Shown here one piece after another: positions 55,185-64,000 of a stretch of 64,000 bases of DNA. The stretch lies in NCBI RefSeq assembly GCF_006345805.1, contig NC_043005.1, positions 66,588,001 through 66,652,000 on the forward strand. The letters run 5' to 3'. The translations under genes were made by a program, and so were the position numbers. The notes beneath the pieces were generated by a model. The model did not search any database. It saw only the letters and a list, made by a program, of their open reading frames with translations, and had not been told where the DNA came from. This stretch comes from Octopus sinensis (taxonomy: Eukaryota). Numbering within the stretch: the stretch's first letter is position 1; every line of letters begins with the position of its first letter.

Positions 55185-56083
55185 GTATGTGGTATAAAAA
55201 TATCCTTCTTCGTATCCAATAAGAAAGCTAAACATCTTCAGTTTACTAATAGCAGTAGGTTATCTCTAAATATCTCAGGAGATGAACTGCCAATTAACAT
55301 CGTAAATGACCTACAGCAGATTTACTTGCAGTAATATGCGTTAAGCTAAGGGAAAACTGATAACAGAAATTTTAAAAATGCTATCAAAATGACCCCTACT
55401 TACAAGGCTTTGGGCGATATGGATTAAAATGAATTCTCCCTCACCGTCATTATAATAAAAAGAAAAATACTGCATATTCACTATATTCGTGTCCTTTGTG
55501 CAGTGGAAATAAGTTGTTTTTTTAGGTTTTAGAAACTATTCAGGTAACAGTCTACCAGGCGTTAGTTCGTATCCGGCCTAAAATGGTATTTTTTTTCTTC
55601 TCTAAAATGAGTTCAGATGGAATATTGAAGTATAAGTCTTTTAAATGATTACAGACAGGAGTAAAATAACTCGGCAAGAATTAATATAGATATAGTTACA
55701 GTGGTTAACAAATTCAGTAGAGCGTTCATCAGAATGTGTGCTGTAGCGGCAAATGTTCCCAAAATACACCTCCATTTATAGTTAAATCACTATACGAAGT
55801 ATTTTACTATTAATTTTATAGTGATCAGAATTCCGTCCATGACGATTTACTTACATATTCAATGTATATGTTCAATACCAAGCCAAAAGTTAAATCACGA
55901 GTTCGGATTTTGTCTGTTCAACATTTATGTAATATATTCTACATCACTACCTTATTTTCACAAGGACACTGCTGATTCAGACTGATTTACCATTCGGAGC
56001 TGACTAATGTGGCGGGTATTTTCACCTCTCTTTTTCCCTATCCAACACTCAGTCTACACTGCTGATTAATGTTTTATTCATCC

Positions 56084-56385
56084 TAAGGCGGCGAGCTGGC
56101 AGAAACGTTAGCACTAAGGTCGATGTAATCGACTTCATCCCTTTGTCTGTCCTTGTTTGTCCCTTCTGTGTTTAGCCCCTTGTGGGAAATAAAGAAATAA
56201 GAAACGTAAGCACGCCGAGCAAAATGCTTAGCGGTGTTTCGTCTCTCTTTGCGCTCTGACTTCAAATTCCGCCCAGGTAGACTTTGTCTTTCATCCTTTC
56301 GGAGTCGATAAATTAAGTACCAGTTGCATACTGAGGTCGATTTAAGCGACTGCCCTCTCTTCCAAAGTTTCAGGCTTTGAGCCTA
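56084..56385 (+). mobile_element. Dimeric/rearranged SINE
   Basis: Head aggcggcgagctggcagaaacgttagcac, then the internal spacer, then a second monomer with a B-box and body. Confidence 0.88.
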
Positions 56386-57450
56386 GAGGAGAAAATAATA
56401 TTTTATTCACCTTCTTAATCAATGAAATATAGCTCAGTACTGTGCGATTATATTAAAGAAAACGTTTGCATCTTCAACACAAATATTCATGGTAGCAAAC
56501 GTTCAATATTTCTAAGCTTCGAAACAGCAAACAACATAATTGAAATAGTGTCAGGTGTAGTAATTTATACTCTAATAGCAGGCAGAACATACTTCCATTA
56601 GCTAGGTGAATTTAAGGATTGCTCGAAGACATTTAAAATACATTTGGAATATTTCAAATCAATAACCGTGACCTGGTAACATAATATTTTCCATAATAAT
56701 ATTATCTGAGGTGTGTCATAGTTGTAAGTCAATATTTTCGTTCTATCTTATCCAGTTAATCATACTTGAATATTGCGAATATAATTACACGTTTAACACG
56801 CTGAAATGCTGATACGATATTGATAAATTATAGTATGGATAACAATAATAGTGATTAATACTGCTACAGCTATTATTGATGATGATGATGATGATGATGA
56901 TAATGTAAACGTTAGACTATTAATTTTGAGGGGAATAGTGATGTCGAATACAGTGGCATCATTTCTTGATTGGTACTTTATTTTATCGATCTCAAAAATT
57001 TAAAAGAGAAAGTTCACCTATGTGAGATTTGAATTCAGAATGTAAAAGAACATGGACAAATACGGCATTTTGTCCGATATTTTACTGGTTCTGTCAAAAT
57101 ACACTAAAATTCAAACATCAGTAATGTACAATTGTACTTATCCCAATAATAAAGTGGGGCGGAAGAAACAGCTGTAAGAAGTTTAAACGAACGGTTGAAA
57201 ATATTGGATCGAAATGAATCACTTAACTCTACAGGATACTTGTTTGTTTGGAACAGCAGGAACTGTAAGAAAAAATGTTAGAAAGCTAAGTTTGTAAGAC
57301 GCAAATCGGTATGTAACAAACCAAAACCAACAGAACAATAACTAAATACTGAATGAAAGCAATATGAACATATTACTGATAAAAACAAACAGCAACAGCG
57401 ATGATAAATATAACACTATCATAAAAATAACAACGATGATAAAATACTAC

Positions 57451-57486
<36 letters not shown>

Positions 57487-57488
57487 TG

Positions 57489-57520
<32 letters not shown>

Positions 57521-58074
57521 GCAGCTGCTACTGCGTCTGCTACTGCCACTGCTGCTGTTGGTGATGATGACGATGACCACTTAAACAATAATATTAGCAT
57601 TAAAAAAGTTCCGGCCGGTGCTTAATAGCATCATGAACAGTTGTAAAGGTGGCGCCTTCTTCACGTCTGAAATAAATGCGTTAGAATCTGTAAGAACATT
57701 ATCAATTTTAATACGATGTTTATAGAGACTATTTGGTTAAGTTTTTTAATGCATTTAATTGCAATTATCACATCACGTTAAATATATTTTTGGAGTAAAA
57801 TACGTGTGAGTTTGATCTGCCTGTTGAAGAAGCAAACATATCGTAATAAATGAAAACAAAATAGGAGTCTAGTATACACAGCTAAGACCTACATGCCGCA
57901 CGTATGATTCACGCGCACACAAAATTCACTCTTTAAATTGCATGCACACCCAGTATCTCTCAAACACACACAGAAAAAGAAAATACGTAAAACACATACC
58001 AGGAATGATAGAGAATGGAATGAATTTTTAAACGAAACAAAGCTGCTTTGAAGTTTTGGAATAAAGCCAGAAAT

Positions 58075-58252
58075 ATCGGGTGGGGGGGGCAGGTGAACCT
58101 AAGTACTCAACTGGCTGGTACTTATTTTATTAACCCCGAAGGATGAAAGATAAAGTTGACCTCGGAGGAATTTGAACTCAAGAACTGAAGACGGACAAAA
58201 TGCCGCTAAGCATTTTACCCTGCGTGCTAAAGATTCTTCTAGCTCACCGACT
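58075..58252 (-). mobile_element. SINE ('aggcggcgagctggcagaa' family)
   Basis: Contains ccccgaaggatgaaagataaagttgacctcggaggaatttgaactc..gccgctaagcatttt. Confidence 0.88.
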
Positions 58253-58489
58253 TTAAACGAAACAATATTTAAAATAACATATTCTGCTTAAAAAGAAAAT
58301 AGAACAACAAAAAGTTAAATTTAAAGGTTGAGAGTTTTGCGATCACAATAGGAAAAAAACAGCCATTCATCGACCATGTCCTCTGAAATGTAAATTGCAA
58401 ACAGAAGGAACTGTCATTTAATATCCACCCTTAGTACAGAAATAACATTATAAGAAACGCGAATTTAATAAAAAAAACTATACAGTAGA

Positions 58490-58850
58490 CTGCTTCTTTT
58501 TCTTCTAGGTGGAAATTTAGATTTGGCTTTTTCAGACCTGTAATCTCCCGAACATGCATTAATCGTCATTTTTCTTCGGCTCTTTTCTAGAATAACCGGC
58601 CCAGATTTGAAGAACTAAAACGGCAAGTAAAGCCAAAATCTGCCAAAATAAAGAAATACAAAGAACGGAAAACAAAATGGTATAATTAAAATCCACTTTT
58701 TCAATCACACTGAAAACATGTACTGGATATTCTAGAAGAAAATGAGAGAAAGAATAACATAAAACCGAATGCAAGCTATTTGGGAAAGAATTTCATAAGA
58801 ATAACCAAATAGAATACCAAATAGAAGCCCAATGAATCAAGCAAGTGGAG
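58490..58850 (+). mobile_element. Possible R4/Dong N-terminal remnant
   Basis: AKIKKYKERK..YN*NPLF resembles the AKAQRIRRYEKR..QNKKF segment of the 17-21 kb element. Confidence 0.45.
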
Positions 58851-59667
58851 AATTAAATTAAAAATGTTGTGACACGCAAAAATACCCTCTTCCTTCTCCT
58901 TTTCTTCCTCTTTCTAATCATCATCATCATCATCATCATCACTATTATGATTATTATATGAAGAAAAATCTCAGCTTTACTTTGCTGGGTATAATGGAAA
59001 TTGCCAGCTGCCTCCAGCCAGCAGACAAAAGTGACACACGTTTACTGATCATGCTTCAAAAACCCCGAAATGGATTCTTCCAGTTCCAAGCAAAGATGAT
59101 GTTTGCAGGTGTTCGAATCTATTTGAGCACTCGTTCCCATCTAGTTGAGCACTGGTACGCCATTTGCATCTACAGGAATACTCCCATATTAACATTCCAT
59201 AACCATCATGTTTTACCTTTATCTTGCAGTGTGGCTAGCAGTTGTTGGACCACGGCCGGACCCACCCTGCTGCAAAGTGGGACATCTGCCGAGGGCGTCA
59301 CATTCACCATTGACTTAAGTCCCGTTCACACTGTTAGAATTAGCTGTTTTATGTGACACTTTCACTCATGAGGTCACCACCAATCGATTGGTGTTGTTCT
59401 TGCTCTCATTATCATCATCATCATCATCATCATATGACGAAAGAATGCCGAAAACAAAGTAGGGCAACAAAAAAATCACTTAGTTGATAAAATGAGAATT
59501 AGAAATTGTAGACGCAGATTGACGGGACTGAATGTAGCATAGCTAGACTACAAAAAACATATGACATGGTACCACACAGTTGGATAAGTAAAACAATGAG
59601 CATGTATAGAATAGGAAAAAGCATGGAGAAAATGCTTAACGAAAATATGAAAGATTGGAATACTGAA

Positions 59668-59843
59668 TTGATCGGTTCCGAGTTCAAATTCCGCCGAGGT
59701 CGACTTTGCCTTTCATCCTTCGGGGTCGATAGAATAAGTACCAGTGAAACACTGGAGTCGACCTAATCGACTATACCCCTCTCCCAAAATTGCTGCCCTT
59801 GTGCCAAAATCTGAAACCATTATTATTATTATTATTATTATTA

Positions 59844-59897
<54 letters not shown>

Positions 59898-60268
59898 GGC
59901 CGCAAGCTGGTAGAAACGCTAGCAGGCCGGGCGAAATGCGTAGCCGTATTTCGTCTGCCGTTACGTTTTGAGTTCAAATTCCGCCGAGGTCAACTTTGCC
60001 TTTCATCCTTTCGGATTCGATAAATTAAATACCAGTTACGCACTGGGGTCGATGTTATCGACTTAATCCGTTTGTCTGTCCTTGTTTGTCCCCTATGTGT
60101 TTATCCCCCTGAGGGTAGTAAGGAAATAGGTATTTCGCCTGTCACATTCCGCCGCGGTTGACTTTGCCTTTTATCCTTTCGCGATCGATAAAATAGAACC
60201 GGCGAAACACTGGGGTCGATGTATTCGACTTGTCTCTTACTAACCAAATTCCAGCCTTGTGTCGAATA
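59668..60268 (+). mobile_element. Stacked SINEs with (ATT)n tails (59668-59818 and dimeric 59896-60268)
   Basis: gagttcaaattccgccgaggtcgactttgcctttcatcc is repeated. The (ATT)n tracts are at about 59820-59895 and 60270-60340. Confidence 0.92.
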
Positions 60269-60269
60269 G

Positions 60270-60340
<71 letters not shown>

Positions 60341-60344
60341 TTGT

Positions 60345-60660
60345 CAGCATTGTAATTGGAAAATGCAGAGGAGTATTTAGTTATCTATCTAAATCTCAAC
60401 AAAGATCTCAAACAAACGATACTTTCCTTGAAACTAGAAAAGTTAATTTTTGTATGACACCATTCTTCCATGATATTTGCAATCGCTTTAAGAAGGCTTA
60501 AAGATTCAATAGAAGTGATCATAATGCCCTGATCATAAGCTGATAGCACTTTTACATTAACCTCTGTCATTCTAAACAGTCTTGCCATTTCCAGTTTGAG
60601 TTCAGGGCACTTGGTGATCTTTTCAACCCTTTTATTCGCAATATTCATGTAATTTAGTAT
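60345..60660 (-). mobile_element. R4/Dong-type REL C-terminal fragment
   Basis: Reads NIANKRVEKITKCPELKLEMARLFRM..., and abuts an (AAT)n tail on the minus strand. Confidence 0.75.
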
Positions 60661-60714
60661 GGCTACGTGAATGATATACCTCAGGAATTATAATAATATT
60701 CTTCTTCTACTTAT

Positions 60715-62990
60715 TATTATTATATGTTTGAGTTTTGCTTTATATTTGTACAAGTTGGCTCCAAGTTCATGTTGTTGCTATGCCTAGTGTGCCATATATT
60801 TGGTGGGGGGGGGGAGTTTTTGGTGTTGTACTAATGAATGTCTAAAAAATTTTTTTTTTTTTTTTTTTAAAACCGAAAATTTTTACATCACCAGCATTTA
60901 GAGATTCATTGTCACTGTTCAAAGTTAGTGTGGTTCTCCATGATCTCATACCTACAGACAAAAAGTTTCGCAGAGCAGGTGCTATCTTATACATTTCTAG
61001 GCATTTCTTAATCCAGCTATGTGGTAGGCTATCAAAAGCCTTTTTATAGTCTATCAAGGCTATTGATAAGTTTTTGTGTCGTTTGTGACAATCTTCTAAG
61101 ATCATCTTATTGATGAGTAGTTGATCTTTACAACCGTAGGATCCACGTTTACATCCTTTCTGTTCATTAGGGAATATGCTGCTGTCTGTCAAAAGACTAT
61201 AGGTATATTCCGTCAGGAGAGATGTTAGTGTTTTATACATAGTTGTTAAGCAGGTTATGGGTCTATAGTTTTTTGGTTCATTTGTTTCTTCACTTTTTGG
61301 AAGCAGGAATGTTAACCCATTAACTAGCCAAGGAGGCATCCTACTAGGGTGTTGCAAAACATCATTGTAAAGTTCTGTTAGCAGTTCATGGCTCTCTGGG
61401 AAGGCGTTCAACCAAACGTTAGGGATTTTATCCTTTCCTGGAGACTTCCATTTGCTTGACCTCCTGAGAGCAGATCTTATATCTTCTACCTTGACACCCT
61501 CCTACTTTTGCTCTTCTAAGGAGTCCAGTTCTTTAGATATTCTATCAATCCAGGGGGCCTTTTCGCTGTGTGTTTTTTCTTCTGCCCAAATTTTATTCCA
61601 AAATCCCTGCACTTCTTCTTTTGATGGTACAGACTTTACAGTAACTGTTGTTTTTCCTATCTTCCTGTAAAAACTTTTGGGATTATTTTTGAACATGTTG
61701 TTGTCCCTGAAGAATCTAACACGCTTTTCATACCTCGCTATGCGGGCAGCTTTAGCAGATACCTTTTGTTTGATGGTTTCTATGGTGGCATCAATATCAA
61801 GTATAGTTTTCATATATTTTTTCATTAGTTTTGGGGTTTTTGTAGGTTTGGTAGTCTTATGAACCTTAAGGTTTTTCAAATATTCAATGTCAGATCTAAA
61901 TAGTTTAATTAGTTGTTGCAAACGCTCTTGCCAAGAAGGCTTTTTGTGGAAATGTTGCCGTTTTCTAATCTTTTCCCCACATAGGATCGTTGAGATTTTC
62001 GCGGATGCATAGTATAGGTGGTTGAGATATGTGATATCAACATCATTAGCTGAAATTATATCCTTAAGTGGAAGCCGGGTTTTACCAATTATTTTCATGT
62101 TTTGGTTAGAGTTGCGGATTTTAGGGAGTGTATCACGTTCATCCATACTGGTTTCTTTAATGTTCAGCCATTCAATCATGATTTGACTTTTTAGCTCATG
62201 TAGTTCTGTCGGGTCAATATTTGTGTGACTTTCTTCATCTATTTGATGTTCATCTGTCTTAGTGTTAATATTTGGTTCAGGGAGTATTTCACTTTGCCTA
62301 TCACTTATACTAACTCTTTCAATCCTTACTTCGTTTTTATTAGCTCTGAGCTGGTCTATAATTATTTCCTCTGTATTATCTTCTCTAGCTGCAGCTTCGT
62401 TCAATCTATCCGTTACTGCTTGTCTAATTTGATCAATCTCTACTTAAGTCAGTAATTTTTTTTTATAATGTTTCTTCTGACGTTGGCAAGTTTGTTACTG
62501 TCTATGTATGGTCTTACTTCAGGGTGTTTATGTCTCCAGTTTATGTAGGTTTGTATAGTGTTCGATTTATCTGTGGGGAAATATATGGCATGGTAGAAGG
62601 CCGCAAGAACTTCTTTATTATCTTCCCTAGTCCATTTTTCCTTCTTTTTCTTTTGAGTGTTTGATGACGAGCATGGATGGCCATCTGTTGGAATATTCCA
62701 GTTGCGGGGTACGTCCAGCTCCTGTGTGTCGGGAAGATTTGATCCAGTAGCTGATTTTTCAATCAGACTTTGGTTCAATTTTCGGGTACGTGGTCTTTTG
62801 TAGTCCGCTCGTCGACCATCGCGGATTGTAGGTTGTTTTGTTGACATTGAAGCATGACGAGCTTCGACTCTTACATTAAGAGACGGATCTGTCAGTTTAG
62901 GATCCTCTGCACGTAAACATTGTTCGTAGCGCAGCTTCTTAAGGCTAGCAGATCTGTATTCGTCTGTATTTTTTATATGTATTTTTAATA
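60715..62990 (-). mobile_element. Internally deleted R4/Dong-type element (5' UTR, N-terminus and half of the RT fused to the 3' UTR)
   Basis: Reads KWTREDNK..NKLANVRR, WKSPGKD, YRPITCLTT, QKGCKRGSYGCKDQLLIN and IDYKKAFDS. At 60874/60875 it jumps to the 3' UTR shared with 63022-63208. Confidence 0.92.
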
Positions 62991-62991
62991 A

Positions 62992-63021
<30 letters not shown>

Positions 63022-63023
<2 letters not shown>

Positions 63024-63508
63024 CTATGTTTGACTTTTGCTTTATGTATGTACAAGTTGGCTCCAAGTCTCACCCAGAGACCTCAAGAGACAACAGGTTG
63101 GAAGTTCACGTTGTTGTTATGCCTAGTGTGCCATATATTTGGTTTTTTCTTGGTGTTGTACTAGTGAATGTCTAATACATAAATTCAAAAAAAAATTTGT
63201 TTTAAACCTTGGGATTACATACAGAGTATTTTGCGTAGGATATGAGCAGTTCCCATGAGCACTATCTTTTGAATTTCTGCCATTTTGGAGTTTCCTGGTA
63301 TCTGAGTTAGGCAGCCATCAGCCCCTTTCGCTATCATTCCCAGGGCACCTATGACAACAGGTATTGTTTTGGTCTTCAGGTTCCACATTTTGCTGATTTC
63401 TCTTTCAAGATCTTTATATTTGCTCAGTTTTTGGTAGGTCTTGACAGATACGTTTATATCGATTGGGACAGTCATATCAATGAGGAGGCATGTTCTTTGT
63501 CTGAAGTC
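63022..63508 (-). mobile_element. 5'-truncated R4/Dong-type copy (REL end and 3' UTR) flanked by (TAA)n on both sides
   Basis: Reads LIDMTVPID..KLSKYKDLEREISKMWNLKTKTIPVVIGALG..QKIVLMGTAHILRKILCM*. Repeat tracts lie at about 62997-63021 and 63510-63610. Confidence 0.92.
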
Positions 63509-63608
<100 letters not shown>

Positions 63609-64000
63609 TTATTATTAACATTATTAATCTCATCACCATCATCATCATCATCATCATTATCATCAGCAGCAGCAGCATCACTGTTGCTATTCTTGTTGTC
63701 TTATCAGAACGTGGTGCTGGCAGAAACTTTAGATCACGTTTCAACAAAATAAGATTTCAATCTTATTCATTAAACTTTGAAACATTTTCAACAATAGAAT
63801 ACAAATGCTTACGCATTGGTTTCTGTTCATTAAAACTGATGAGGATCTACTTCGAGCTGGATTATACAGTCGGAAAGTTATCTACGTTCTGTTTAAATTC
63901 CGAGACAGCACTAGAGATATAGAACTAAATTATCAACCCACTGTGTTAGTTGATTCCACATTTCACAATATGAATCTTAAGTGTCCGGAAATTGTCTATA

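Noticed and set aside
63836-63875. CTGATGA-GGA..TTC-GAG-CTG..CAG-TC
   Set aside because: GAAA is corrupted and there is no stem I complement.

Overview
This is AT-rich eukaryotic non-coding DNA, dense in microsatellites and mobile-element remnants. The SINE families and repeat landscape suggest a coleoid cephalopod, probably Octopus (inferred, not tested). I recognise no host gene; there are only three weak small-exon candidates, and no CRISPR array, rRNA or functional tRNA. The window holds about nine R4/Dong-type restriction-like-endonuclease (REL) non-LTR retrotransposon copies, mostly in two same-orientation stacks at (TAA)n tracts. One is nearly full length (17.0-21.1 kb) and one is internally deleted. 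It also holds Penelope-like element (PLE) remnants, two mariners, a Tc1, two Ty3/gypsy remnants (one with an LTR and a tRNA-Ser primer-binding site), a DINE-1/Lep1-like Helitron relative and many tRNA-derived SINEs. The most notable signals are two stand-alone type I hammerhead ribozymes with intact catalytic cores on the + strand (12643-12718 and 25315-25387). Also notable are a cluster of long fold-back structures at 48.1-50.1 kb and an 8 x 22-bp tandem array at the 5' junction of the near-complete R4/Dong element. All translations, alignments and folds were done by eye, and element boundaries are approximate unless stated.
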